DNA of 64,000 bases from Naegleria gruberi (Eukaryota), in the NCBI GenBank assembly GCA_000004985.1, contig GG738873.1; one strand, written 5' to 3'. Position 1 is the first letter of the stretch. Each line of letters begins with the position of its first letter. Both the position numbers and the translations under genes were made by a program. Below are positions 32,859 through 44,301 of this stretch, piece by piece. Below the pieces are notes generated by a model. The model worked only from the letters and a program-made list of their open reading frames with translations. It was not told the origin of the DNA and did no database searches.

Positions 32859-33312
32859 GTTACTGTTTCAATGTGTGCTTGTTTTCTTAATAATTCTTGG
32901 AACGTATGTTCCCCATCGAACTTCCAACAAACACCCATTCACAATAATCATCAAGCAGTACGGTTACTATAGGTGTTTTTTAAACTAATATATTAAGCAA
33001 TATGTAATATCGCAAGAATCCTTATATTTGTCTTGGAAAATGAAACTGAGGTAAATATCGTGAGTACACACTGAGGATTAATAGTCAAATTGCAACATAT
33101 GAGACTTTCAGTATTAATTGGTCCACTATGAGGATTTGGAAGTTGAAGTATTTCTTGTTATTGAAGAAATTGTATTGTAAGTACACATATTTGGAAAGAC
33201 TTATGCCAAACAAAGTATTACTGCTTTTGCACAGCTGTTAAACAACTTTAGTTTTTTCATTGGACAGATTTAAATCCAATGAATATTTAATAATAAATAA
33301 AAATTAAAAAAA

Positions 33313-33909
33313 ATGACAACAACTGATGATCATCATCCTGTACAAGAAGAATCGACCACCACATCAGCAGAAGTGATCAATAATAATTTAGGATCATCAC
33401 CATCGGAACAATTAAATAATACACCATCCAATATACCATCATCACAAATATCACCAGTTAAATATACAACAGAATTATTTTGTACACAATATACGGAATT
33501 ACTTAGTAAATCAACAAATCAAAAGGAAATTGAACAAGAAGAACAATTTAAACAAATTGAAAATTTAATTGAAGTGTTATTGAAAAGATGTGATGAGCTT
33601 GGTGAAAATTTAGATTTAATTCAAACAAATTCGGTTCAAATCAATGATGAATTATTACCAAATTTATTGAAAATGATGGTACACGTCAAACAAATATATT
33701 CTAAAATTGATAATTTAAATTCTGTAGTTTCTAATGCTAAAGAGAAGGTCAATTCGTTAGACTTGAAATTAAGTGAATTTGAAAAACAAAAATCATCAGA
33801 AAAGTATGCCAAGTTTGTCCCAAGTTTTTTCAAATTTGGTAAATCAAATGATAATACTTCTGCTACTGAAAATGTCATTCAATTCAATAAAGATGATTAT
33901 TTATTGTAA
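33313..33909 (+). CDS. Hypothetical coiled-coil protein
   Basis: 198-aa ORF with AAAAAAAATG start context and heptad-like central region. Confidence 0.4.
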   Translation: MTTTDDHHPVQEESTTTSAEVINNNLGSSPSEQLNNTPSNIPSSQISPVKYTTELFCTQYTELLSKSTNQKEIEQEEQFKQIENLIEVLLKRCDELGENLDLIQTNSVQINDELLPNLLKMMVHVKQIYSKIDNLNSVVSNAKEKVNSLDLKLSEFEKQKSSEKYAKFVPSFFKFGKSNDNTSATENVIQFNKDDYLL

Positions 33910-34042
33910 AGAATAGATCTTTTCTTTATAGCTTAACAAGAGTAATATGTACAAGTTTATTAGCTTTTTGAATCATGACAAGATTCTTTAATATATTTGT
34001 TGTAATGAATTTTAAAAGATGAAGTAGATTGTATTACTTGGT

Positions 34043-35167
34043 TTAGAAACATTTTCTGTGAACAATTGCACAGCCAGCATCTTGATACTCCTCTGCCGTA
34101 ATCCACATGGATTGAAAGGTTGATAAAGAAGAGAGAATACTTCCACCAATCCAAACTGAATACTTTCTTTCTGGTGGAGCAATAACTTTAATCTTCATTG
34201 AAGCTGGAGCCATAGCTGTCAATTCCTTGTTCATTCTCTCAGCAATTCCTTCAAACATGGTTGAACCACCAGAAAGAACAACACTTCCATATAATTCCTT
34301 TCTAATATCAATATCACACTTTCCAATAGAATTGAAAGTTGTTTCGTGAACACCAGCTGCTTCCATTCCAATAAAATTTGGTTGAAATAATACTTCTGGA
34401 CATCTGAATCTTTCGTTACCAACTGTAATGACATTACCATCTGGCAATTCATATGACTTCTCAACTGAGGATGATTCAGCAGCAACCTTCATTTCTGCTT
34501 CAAAATCCAAAGCAACATAACAGAGCTTTTCCTTAATATCTCTGACGATTTCTCTTTCAGCAGTAGTATTGAATGAATAACCTCTTTCCATCAAAATCTT
34601 CATCAAGTAATCAGTCAAATCACGACCTGCCAAATCCAGTCTCAAAATGGCATGAGGCAAGGCATAACCTTCATAGATTGGAACAGTATGTGAAACACCA
34701 TCACCTGAATCCAAGACAATACCAGTAGTTCTACCAGTAGCGTACAAGGACAAGACAGCTTGAATAGCAACATACATGGCTGGAACTCTAAAAGTTTCGA
34801 ACATGATTTGAGTCATCTTTTCACGATTTGCCTTTGGATTTAATGGAGCTTCTGTCAATAAGACACCATGCTCTTCAGGACCAACTCTCAATTCATTATA
34901 GAAAGAGTGATGCCAAATCTTTTCCATATCATCCCAGTTGGTGATAATTCCGTGCTCAATTGGATATTTGAGAGCGAGGATTCCCTTCTTTGACATGGCT
35001 TCATCTCCAACATAGGCATCCTTACTACCCATTCCAACCATGATTGACCTATGTTTTGGTCTTCCAATTAATGATGGAAATACAGCTCGTGGAGCATCTT
35101 CACCAGCGAAACCAGCTTTACACATTCCAGAACCATTGTCAATTACGAGAGCTTGATTTTCTTTCAT
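34043..35167 (-). CDS. act: Actin (divergent isoform)
   Basis: 374 aa, collinear with conventional actin at roughly 80% identity by eye ([90 protein letters not shown]), with scattered non-conservative changes. Confidence 0.9.
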   Translation of the reverse strand: MKENQALVIDNGSGMCKAGFAGEDAPRAVFPSLIGRPKHRSIMVGMGSKDAYVGDEAMSKKGILALKYPIEHGIITNWDDMEKIWHHSFYNELRVGPEEHGVLLTEAPLNPKANREKMTQIMFETFRVPAMYVAIQAVLSLYATGRTTGIVLDSGDGVSHTVPIYEGYALPHAILRLDLAGRDLTDYLMKILMERGYSFNTTAEREIVRDIKEKLCYVALDFEAEMKVAAESSSVEKSYELPDGNVITVGNERFRCPEVLFQPNFIGMEAAGVHETTFNSIGKCDIDIRKELYGSVVLSGGSTMFEGIAERMNKELTAMAPASMKIKVIAPPERKYSVWIGGSILSSLSTFQSMWITAEEYQDAGCAIVHRKCF

Positions 35168-35441
35168 TTTGAGTTTAATATTATTATGTTTTTGAGTCTT
35201 TTGTTTTGTTTGGACGAATATCTCAAGTGCATAGCTCTGGATTTATAGAGTTTAGAATAGAATTTTGTTATGCCTTTGTCTTAGTATAATAGTTCATTGT
35301 TCCTTGACCTAAACTAGTTTGATTGTTTGGATGGAAACTCCAAATACCACTTTGAACGGAACATGTAGGAAGAAATTCAGTTTATTACACCTAACCCAAG
35401 TACATTTCGATATTGAAAATTAAAAAGTTTGGATTAATCCA

Positions 35442-36941
35442 ATGAACAATTTGAAAATTGAAATTTGTAAAAAAAATATGAAACCAGTCGAAACTGGGAA
35501 TGTAATATTTGCTGATGATGTAATCTATGAAATCCTATCTTTCCTAAATAATGAATGGAAGTTTATTTTATTGAACGGTTGTTTAGTTTCTAAACAATGG
35601 TTTACAATGATTAAGAAATATTCGAAACTAGAAGTTGAATTTAATCATCGGATCAATACTGAACAATTATTTTCAAGTGACTTTTTAAATTCAATTGCAA
35701 AATTGAGAATTGATAAATATTGTGGAATTTTATATCCGAGAAAATTCAATGAAAATCTTGGAATGATGACTCAGTTGACTGAATTGAATCTTTCAGCATG
35801 GAAATTAAAAATGGAACATGTTGAAGCTATTTCAAAATTATATAATTTGAAAAAATTAATCATTAATAATCGTTTCAATAATTTTGATACAAAGGAAGCA
35901 AAATTAATTGGGAAATTAGAAAATTTAACATTTTTGGAAATTTCTAGAATTGGTGATATGGGACTGAAATATATTTCAGAATTGAAAAATTTGAGAATTC
36001 TAAATATACATGATCCATGTTTTACCTTTACAAGGTATGGACTTGAATCCATCAGTGAAATGCCCAAATTGACTTGTTTGAAAGTTAGAGATTTGAAAAT
36101 TTGTAACGAAGGTGTCAATTGGATTAGTCAATCAACTCAATTGACTGATTTAGATTTTACAACCTGTACTTTAGATCAAGGATTAGAATCATTATGTGAA
36201 ATGAAGCGATTAACAAGTCTATGGTTGCCAAGTTGCCCAAAATATGCAAACAAAGTTGAATTAATTGGCCAATTGACACAATTGACTAGTCTCAACATTT
36301 GTGCTAGAGGAATTAATGATCAAGATGGAGTACATATCAAAGAATTGACGCAATTGACTGAACTTGATATTAGTCTGAATCAAATTGTTTTTGAAACTAT
36401 CGAATCTATTAGCCAATTGACCAATTTAATTATTCTAAACATGTCCTATTGTAATATTGGAGATGATGGAGCATGCCTTATTGGAGAATTGAGTCAATTA
36501 AGAGAGTTGAAAGTTTTAAAAAATTTAATTACTGATGCAGGAGTTATTTCAATCAGTCAATTAAAACATCTTATCAAGTTGGATATTAGTAATAATGAAA
36601 TTAGTAAGACTGGAGCTGAATCAATTAGTGGATTGAGAAATTTAACTTACCTTAATATTGGATATAATTTAATTGGAGATGAGGGATGCGATTTCATTTG
36701 TGATCTGTCTCTATTAAGATCTCTTCATGCTGATAAAACTGGTATCAGCTCAGAAGGTATCAAGTCAATCAGAAATTTGAGAAAATTGACTAGTCTTTCT
36801 TTATCAAATAATAATATTTGTGATGAAGGATGCAAATTCATTAATATTAAGCAATTGAACTACCTTAATGTCAAGTCAAATCCATGTAATGCAGATTTAA
36901 GTTTCTCAAATCTTTACTCTAAAACCACATTATTTCCATAA
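35442..36941 (+). CDS. Leucine-rich-repeat protein (RNI-like LRR), possible F-box at N-terminus
   Basis: 499-aa intronless ORF. About 16 tandem ~24-aa LRRs (L..L.L..N.I.D.G...I..L..L). N-terminal VIYEILSFL...LVSKQW resembles an F-box. Confidence 0.7.
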   Translation: MNNLKIEICKKNMKPVETGNVIFADDVIYEILSFLNNEWKFILLNGCLVSKQWFTMIKKYSKLEVEFNHRINTEQLFSSDFLNSIAKLRIDKYCGILYPRKFNENLGMMTQLTELNLSAWKLKMEHVEAISKLYNLKKLIINNRFNNFDTKEAKLIGKLENLTFLEISRIGDMGLKYISELKNLRILNIHDPCFTFTRYGLESISEMPKLTCLKVRDLKICNEGVNWISQSTQLTDLDFTTCTLDQGLESLCEMKRLTSLWLPSCPKYANKVELIGQLTQLTSLNICARGINDQDGVHIKELTQLTELDISLNQIVFETIESISQLTNLIILNMSYCNIGDDGACLIGELSQLRELKVLKNLITDAGVISISQLKHLIKLDISNNEISKTGAESISGLRNLTYLNIGYNLIGDEGCDFICDLSLLRSLHADKTGISSEGIKSIRNLRKLTSLSLSNNNICDEGCKFINIKQLNYLNVKSNPCNADLSFSNLYSKTTLFP

Positions 36942-36991
36942 TAGAACCAGTTTCGGATAAATCTTATTTTATCCAGTCGATGTTGATTCAT

Positions 36992-39436
36992 TTATTGCCT
37001 CAGAATTTCAAATTCCTCAATTTTTGCATAACTTGATGCTCTTTTGTCCTGTCTTACTGATTCTGACACTATTTCTATGTCTCTTTTCAATTCATCACTG
37101 GCATATTTAAGGGCTACTCCTTGTAACTTGACAACTGTTAACACGAATAGTCTATCATTTCTTAATGAAACATCTGCATATTCAAATGCTAGACCATTTT
37201 GTGATGCTGCAAGTAAAACTATCTCTCTATCTTTCTTGAGTGATTCAATCGCGTAACAAAGGGCTTTACCATTCTGTTTCACAGCCCCAGTTACTATTTC
37301 TCTATCTTCCCTTAATATCAAGTCAGCAAATTTTAAGGATTTTCCATTTTGTAGAACAGCTTTTAATACAATTTCTCTATCTTTCTTTAAAGATATATCA
37401 ACGTATTGTAAAATAAGTCCATTTCTTTGTAGCGCCAATAGTACAAATTCTCTATCTCTTTTGAATACATCATTTGCAAGTGAAAACTCCCGTGGATTAT
37501 ATTTGATGGTGAGTAACAAGATATTCTTATCTTTTCTGTGATATTCCTTATAGACTGTTCGTGGTAATAAATGCCCAAAAGGAATGGAGGATATCACGCC
37601 TTGATGATTATTCCCATCTTCAATTATTTCTTTTGACATGATTAATGAATCAATATTAATTGATTCATCTGCATATTCCACAGCATCCACATTTTGATTT
37701 ACAGCTACGGTAACTATTTCTCTATCTTTTCTTAATGAAGGATCAGCATATCTAAGAGCCCTTCCATCTTGTTTTACTGCCATTAATACTATTTCTCTAT
37801 CACAATTCAAAGGATATTCAATAAATTCGAGAGCTCTTCCATTTGTTGACACTGCTATTAAAGCCATGTCTTTTTGTTTCTTAAATATTTCGTTCGCATA
37901 TTTAAGAGCAGAACCATTTTGATGAATTGCCTTTCGTACTATTTCTTCTTCTCTTTTCAATGACTCATCAGCATACTTCAATGAGCATCCATTTTGTCCA
38001 ATGGCAGTTTCAACAATCTCTCTATCTTTTCTGAAACGATAAGCTGCGCTTGCTAAATGCCAGCCATTTTTTCTGACAGCTTCCAATGCAATTTCTCTAT
38101 CTTCTCTAAATGATTTATCAAGATGCCTAAAGATTGATCTACTACTACTTTTAACGGCCTCCAATACTATTTCTCTATCTTTCCTTAATTCAAAATTAAC
38201 ATATTTGATGGAATAACCAAACTATTTAACTGCTTGCAATACAATTTCTTTTTCGTTCTTGAAATCTTCTTTCGCATATTTGAGATAATATCCAAATTGT
38301 TTAACAGATTGTAAGGTTATCTCCCTATCATCTTTATCAAGTAGTTCAAGAGAGACACCAAGAGAAGCACAGATTAATTGAACATTCCTATTCTCTGCAA
38401 GAGCTTGATTGAGGTGATGAAATTGATGAGATAACATGATTGGTCCTTCAATCTGTCCATTTTCAGAGAATATTCTTTTCAAAATTTGTTGACAAGAAGG
38501 TCTATTCTCTGGATTCTCACTCAACATTTCCACAAGCAATTTAAATATAAAAATCCATCCATCTTCATCTTCCTCTAAATTACCTAACTCTATTAATTTT
38601 CGTACAGTTTCCACTTCATTAGATATTATTTCTCTTACCATAGAAGAGTATTGATCTAGATGTGTTATTCTGTTTTCATTTGTTGGAAAAAGAATAAACA
38701 GAATTAATCTAGCCAAACTCCAAATATCACTCTTGAACGATTCTCCCAATTTTGCACATTCAGGTGCAACAAAACCTGGACTACCATTAAGAGTATAACT
38801 CTCATGCATGTTGAGATCATTCGAATAATCAATGTGGTCCATTCCTTGGTTAGAAAACCGATCATCATTAGAAATGGCAATCCCAAAATCTGCCAAAACA
38901 ACATCAATAGCACATATTTTACAATCAGTATCATGAAGTGAAATAATAATATTCTCTGGTTTGATATCTCTGTGAATTATGTTTGCCTCCTCAAGTTTAC
39001 AAAGAGCATTCACAATTCTAATGAAAATTTGTAAAATTTGACATAATAAAATCCTTCCATTCTTGTTAATTTGCATATCTGTATAATTTTTCAAATCAAT
39101 TCCTCTATATTTTGATACTGTCACAACCATGTCATTAAAATTATCCACAAAATCAAATGTCAATAAACTGGCATCATGTAATTCTTCTGAAATTTTAGCA
39201 AATTTCCAATCACCAACCGGACAATCATCAAAATCATCATCTTCTCCTCGTTTAACAATTTTTACAACATATTCCTGATTGTCAATGGATAGACATTTGC
39301 AAACTACAACATTGTTTCCCTTCTTAAATATTTGAATAGGAATATATTGAATATTATTAATGAAAAATGGTTTTCCAAGCCTGGAGAGAGCCTCGTATAG
39401 ATTTTGATCATCGTTCGTACTTTGATGTTCAATCAT
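36992..39436 (-). CDS. Ser/Thr protein kinase fused to a ~13-unit tandem repeat array (DUF4116-like 'REIVLxAVxQNGxALxYA' repeats); reading frame interrupted by a single in-frame TAG at 38222..38224
   Basis: Kinase subdomains (VVKIVKRG, HRDIKPENIII, DFGIA, APE) in ORF 38222..39436. The repeat array begins at the end of that ORF and continues in the SAME frame through the TAG into ORF 36992..38164 (…IVLQAVK*FGYSIKYVNFELRKDREIVLEAVK…). The TAG occupies the Gln position of the repeat consensus (previous unit …SVKQFGYYLKYA). Confidence 0.6.
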
Positions 39437-39587
39437 TTTTTAATGAATTTATTCATAATTTTAGTGGCAGTGTTGCATATTTAAGTTGATTGTAAACCTC
39501 TAATTAAGCAACATACTGTATTGGATCAACATCATTCAGAATACCAAATATTTACTGTTCATAATTCCCAATAAGCTGAAATAAAAA

Positions 39588-39705
39588 GACTACAGCACCA
39601 CAGGTTCCCAAGTTGTCTCCAACCTCAGTACTGATGTGGCTCGACGATGCTTAACTTCTCAAATCGGACGGGATGAGGTGCATTCATCGTGATATGGCCG
39701 TAGCC
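39588..39705 (-). rRNA. 5S ribosomal RNA
   Basis: Minus-strand GGCTACGGCCATATCACGATGAATGCACCTCATCCCGTCCGATTTGAGAAGTTAAGCATCGTCGAGCCACATCAGTACTGAGGTTGGAGACAACTTGGGAACCTGTGGTGCTGTAGTC matches the 5S consensus (GCCTACGGCCATACCAC...CCCGTCCGATCT..GAAGTTAAGC...TTAGTACT...TGGGAA.CC.GGTGCTGTAGGC). The 5' and 3' ends pair as helix I. Followed by TTTTTATTT Pol III terminator. Confidence 0.85.
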
Positions 39706-39949
39706 ATTCATTGATTTAAAATGTTGAATATTAATGAAGAAAACTATGAGGTTATTTCTTGATGAATATTACCTGATTGGTTAAAGTTAGGAAATTCAGC
39801 AACATAACACGTCAATTGATGTGACGATTGAATTTCAACTCCATAAAAGATTAACAAATAAATGTTGCGTTAGTATGTAGAAATTCAAAAATTAGAATTA
39901 ATTCTGTTGATCATTTATTTACATTTTGGCTATACAAGTATTTGATGTT

Positions 39950-40297
39950 TCATTTAAAGGTTCTATGCAACAATTCCATTTGATATTGTTGTTTTTCAAT
40001 TTGCTGTAATTCAATTAATTTTAATCTTCTTTGCTCCACTGATTTATTATATTCAGATCTTGATGAAATCAATGGATATCTTCCACTCACGATTCGTTGA
40101 AGTGAATACTTTGGTTTGTTCTTTTCCCAAAAATCTACTTTTCTATTTGTTATTTCCTTATCCCGAACATAATCAGAAAAGTATTTCAGTTTACTCTCTT
40201 CCTTAATTCTAGCATCCAAATTTGATGGATTATTGGGATGCTTATTTCCAAACATTTTTTTTAAATTGTAGTTTATTTTGGCGGGTAAAACCATCAA
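39950..40297 (-). CDS. Small basic hypothetical protein (~100 aa)
   Basis: ORF MMVLPAKINYNLKKMFGNKHPNN... Second in-frame ATG, in AAAAAAATG context, is probably the start. Confidence 0.35.
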   Translation of the reverse strand: MMVLPAKINYNLKKMFGNKHPNNPSNLDARIKEESKLKYFSDYVRDKEITNRKVDFWEKNKPKYSLQRIVSGRYPLISSRSEYNKSVEQRRLKLIELQQIEKQQYQMELLHRTFK

Positions 40298-40801
40298 TTC
40301 TTTTAAAACTCACAAACACCATATGAGATAATATATTCAATCATATATTTGTATCTAAGAATGTTAAAATCAATAACAACTCGTATGTTCATTGTTTGCT
40401 TGCTTTCTCATTCAAGTGGAATCATATTTCACTACAATATTCAGTTATTCCGTTACACCACCAAACAACAGTTAAACTTTTCAAAGTATCATCACCTGTT
40501 GCAGCTGAGCATCAGTAGTAGTCTCTCAGCACATAACGTAACGGTTGCAATTTATTTTAAAAAAATTAAGGCAACATCATTCACCTCCAATCATTTTACT
40601 CTTTTGAGAAGAGTTATTGACTACAATATATAAAACTTCGAGGGGATTGATAGAAAATACGTATCATCATCATCGTTTAAAACTATTGTTGTTTAAACAG
40701 GATAAAATTAGACACAATCGTTAAACACAATTCTGTTCCTCACTCAGCCTTATTAATATCAAAAAAAGGAAGATTTAAATTTTGATAATAATAATTTTGC
40801 A

Positions 40802-42121
40802 ATGTTTCCGCATATTTACCATGGTTACATTCCGACCAATCAACAGCAAATAATTAAGGCCAAAATTGATCATTATACATATGAAAAGGATGATGGATAT
40901 TTTAACAAACCTTTAAATTCATCATCACTTTCTCAATCTACAAAGAGAGGTGATTCACTTAATTCAACAAATAACCAATCCGCCTATTTTGTAAAATCAT
41001 TTGATCCAAAACAAAACACAACAAATACTACTATTACCATGAGTCATGCCACTCAGAAAACTCATAGTAATCGAGTTGACCAATTAATGAATAGTGTTGA
41101 AAAAGTGGCGCTTTCAACAACACGTTCTATCAAATCAGAACAATTATCAATTAGACCCAATTCTAATCAATTTATTAATAAGAAACTTACTGAAACAACA
41201 AGTGGAGATTACAGAACATATTCTTCAACGGATTTCCCAAAAAGAGTGACAGCTCAGCAAGTTGAATTTCGAAAAGGTCCACAAAATATTGAAAAGCATG
41301 AATATGAACATTTATCAACAAGTATTTCACAAAGAAACAAAGATGAATTATCTAGAATTCCAGCTTCATCCTATAACCCAAAGAATCACCTTGTAAAAAC
41401 AGATATCAGTGAAGATTTCAAACCATCAACCATTACGAAATGTCCACCTGGTAAATTAGCTTTAACTCAACCAGATATTAAAACATATCCAAAACCTGAA
41501 TGTGGACTTGATGGTCAACCCTCTGGTTATTCAACAGACTTTTCTATCAAGAATGATTTTCTTTCCTCAACTGCTGATATTGAAGGAGTTCATCCCCATT
41601 CTAAATTTTATAGAAGTATGGGATATTCTGGTTATGTTCCAGACGAAAATCATACTTCTCTGTATGGTAAAACATTGTCGAATAGTAGTGGCAATAACAA
41701 AACAATGAGTAAGAGTTTTGGTTCATCACTTGAGAAGAATACTGTTGCATTTTCAAGTACGAATGGAATGAATGCAAATCAATCTCTTTACAGAAATAAT
41801 GGATCTCTTAGACAACCTCGATGTATTACATTCCAATCCAGCAACCATGGATCTAATCATTTGCCAGGATATGGTGGATTTATTTCGCCTTCAATATCTA
41901 GAGATTCCAAACCCCAACCTCCATCCAATACTTCTGATTACCATCTTGTAAATACAATGAAGAAAGCTGCCTCAATAGAGAATCCAAATGTAACACGAGA
42001 AGACTATATGAAAGGGTGGAAAAATGATTCACAATTGAAAACAATATTTGGTGATAATAAGGACAAATCCTACTTTAGAAATAATGCAATGTTGCGAGAA
42101 TTTTACACTTATAATTATTAA
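40802..42121 (+). CDS. Hypothetical Ser/Asn/Thr-rich protein
   Basis: 439-aa ORF with real ATG. Low complexity throughout. Confidence 0.45.
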   Translation: MFPHIYHGYIPTNQQQIIKAKIDHYTYEKDDGYFNKPLNSSSLSQSTKRGDSLNSTNNQSAYFVKSFDPKQNTTNTTITMSHATQKTHSNRVDQLMNSVEKVALSTTRSIKSEQLSIRPNSNQFINKKLTETTSGDYRTYSSTDFPKRVTAQQVEFRKGPQNIEKHEYEHLSTSISQRNKDELSRIPASSYNPKNHLVKTDISEDFKPSTITKCPPGKLALTQPDIKTYPKPECGLDGQPSGYSTDFSIKNDFLSSTADIEGVHPHSKFYRSMGYSGYVPDENHTSLYGKTLSNSSGNNKTMSKSFGSSLEKNTVAFSSTNGMNANQSLYRNNGSLRQPRCITFQSSNHGSNHLPGYGGFISPSISRDSKPQPPSNTSDYHLVNTMKKAASIENPNVTREDYMKGWKNDSQLKTIFGDNKDKSYFRNNAMLREFYTYNY

Positions 42122-42286
42122 ATAAATTAATGTATCAATAAATTAAACGTAAAGAATATCTAAATTATTCTTCAAATTTGAAGACATCCAAACAACAAGA
42201 ATTTGTTCCAGCGAGTTTCGTTAATTTACGCACACAAGAAATTACCTCAGTTTTGAAATTTATGTTTTTTATTATAAGTCGGAAAT

Positions 42287-42655
42287 TTACTTCTTCTTTG
42301 ATTTGGTGGTTTCAACAGCAGCTTCAACTGGAGCATCTTCCTTCTTGACAACGTAAATCATCATGTTAGAGTGCTTGATGACTGGCTTGATCAAATCCTT
42401 TTCTTCGAGGTATCTCAAACCCTTCTTGGCAACGCTACCAGTAACACCGAGAGCTTCAGAAACTCTAGCAATGGTGATCAACTTCATCTTTGGGACTTCC
42501 TTGACCAATTGGTTGAATGACTTGGTGTCGAAGAGAACCTTGTTGTTCAACTTCTCCTTAACTCTTGATTTAGACCACTTCTTCTTCTTTCCCTTTGAGC
42601 CGCTTTCTCTGGCTGCGGCCTTTTGGGCTTGAATTTCCTTAGACTTTCCAGCCAT
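42287..42655 (-). CDS. RPS25: 40S ribosomal protein S25 (eS25)
   Basis: KKKKWSKSRVKEKLNNKVLFD...LITIARVSEALGVTGSVAKKGLRYLEEKDLIK matches eS25. Intronless, uses C/G-ending preferred codons (AAG, TTC, GTC) typical of a highly expressed gene. Confidence 0.85.
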   Translation of the reverse strand: MAGKSKEIQAQKAAARESGSKGKKKKWSKSRVKEKLNNKVLFDTKSFNQLVKEVPKMKLITIARVSEALGVTGSVAKKGLRYLEEKDLIKPVIKHSNMMIYVVKKEDAPVEAAVETTKSKKK

Positions 42656-43052
42656 GTTTGTTTATTTTTTTTTGCAACGAAATTTTAAAAATTATTTTGT
42701 GGTTGGTTTATTAAAGTCAACCACTCTTTGTGTTGATTTTACAATAAATGTTTTCTCGTTGCAAAATTTAGAAGAGGGCGTTTGTTCAACAAGCGATAAG
42801 AACAAAGCGCTGAAGAGCCACACCTTCAATTCCTGCGAGAAACAATTCACAACATGAATACTTTCTGAACCACTCAAGAGAATAATAACAACCATTGTCA
42901 ACCTGTTCAACGATATTGATTGGATTAAAAGATACTTCACTCAATGCTTCTCTCCAAAATAATACAATTTTTTCAACTCTACCAATACCTGCTTGAAGTA
43001 ATAAGGAAAACACATAACGATTATAATAAATAAACTTTAATACATTTACAAA

Positions 43053-44301
43053 TTATGAACTTTGATTAGTTTCAGAAGTGGTAGTAGTAGTAGTGGTTGT
43101 TTGTTGTGGCTCAGCATGAGTATTTGTAACTACAGTTGCAGTGGTGGTTGCAGTAACTGTTGGTTGAGGTTTTGGAATGAAACCCTTTTCAATTAAAGAA
43201 CGAGTAACTTTAGATCTGACCTTTTCAATATTTTGCTCAATGGCAGGAACATCAATAATATCAAATTCATTATCAATCAACAATTCCAAAGTTGGTAATG
43301 TTTGAGATTTGTAAGTTTCCATTCTATTAACAATAGCTTCATCATTAAGATCATCATCTCTCTTTGAAAGATCATCACCTGTAATATCATCTTTTTCAGT
43401 ATTTAATGGTTTTCTAAATTCAACATGATAGGTACGTCCACTTTTATCATGAATAAGTCTTCCTTTCAATCTTTCCTTTATACATTCCTTATCAACTAAC
43501 AAGTGAAGAATGAGTGTATTTGGTTTTGAAAAATGGATATCACCTCCAGTAAACCAAGTTAAAAATTGTTTACATTGAGTAATATTACGTGGATAACCTT
43601 CAAGAATGAAATTAGGAGGAATTGGAGTGTTATCTTGATTTAAACTTGTTGCAACATTGCTGGATGAAGAAGTGGTTGTAGTAGTATTAACAGTACTCTC
43701 ACTTGATTGTTCTTGTTCAGTTGTTGTTGTTGTTGTTGATGTTTGTTGTTCTGTGACATTTTCACTTTCCTTCAATAAGATTTGTTCATAATATTCCTTG
43801 TAAATGATATTCATCTTTTTTAAGAGATATTTAGCTGTTTCATCTTCTGGTGCCAATTTACCACTAGCTAACAATTCCTTTAATTGTGGATTAGTTTGAC
43901 TTTCTTCTCTCAATGTATCACCTGCTGAAATGATATGATAATTTGGATTTTCTCCAGTAATAAATCTTGACTAAAAGATATTATCATCATGATCAGTATA
44001 AGACTCTATTTTAATAAATCCTTACCTGTGTTCCTTTTCCTGAACCTGGAGGTCCTAACAAGATGATAAGTTTTGGTGAAGCAAACTTTAAACCTCTTTG
44101 AAGGAAACGGAATTGTGTTTGATCTTCCTCTGTTGTTTGTTCAACATTGAAAAGAATTCTTCCGTAATGGAATTGTCTGATCAAACTATTTGATGATGAA
44201 GCAGCAGACAAAATGATAGAACCATTATTAACTGTTGTTAAATTGTTATGATGATGGTGGAAGAGAATGTTTGAGGTTGGTTTGCTAAAGAGTTTTCTCA
44301 T
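43053..44301 (-). CDS. Adenylate kinase (long-LID type, probable mitochondrial), 2 exons: complement(join(43053..43970,44026..44301))
   Basis: Exon 1 ends in the P-loop LIILLGPPGSGKGTQ. A 55-nt intron 43971..44025 (GTAAGG...TTTTAG) joins to ...ISAGDTLREE...GYPRN...GRLIHDKSGRTYHVEF (LID). N-terminal presequence-like region. A Thr/Ser-rich insertion in the NMP-binding region and a poly-Thr C-terminal tail. First ATG at 44301. Confidence 0.8.

Noticed and set aside
38222-38224. Possibility that TAG encodes Gln (ciliate-type code) in this organism
   Set aside because: EF-G2 terminates at a TAG where homologues end. Long conserved genes (SHMT, MTO1, actin) contain no internal TAA/TAG despite high AT content. 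A reassigned code would give many in-frame TAA/TAG, so the standard code is retained.
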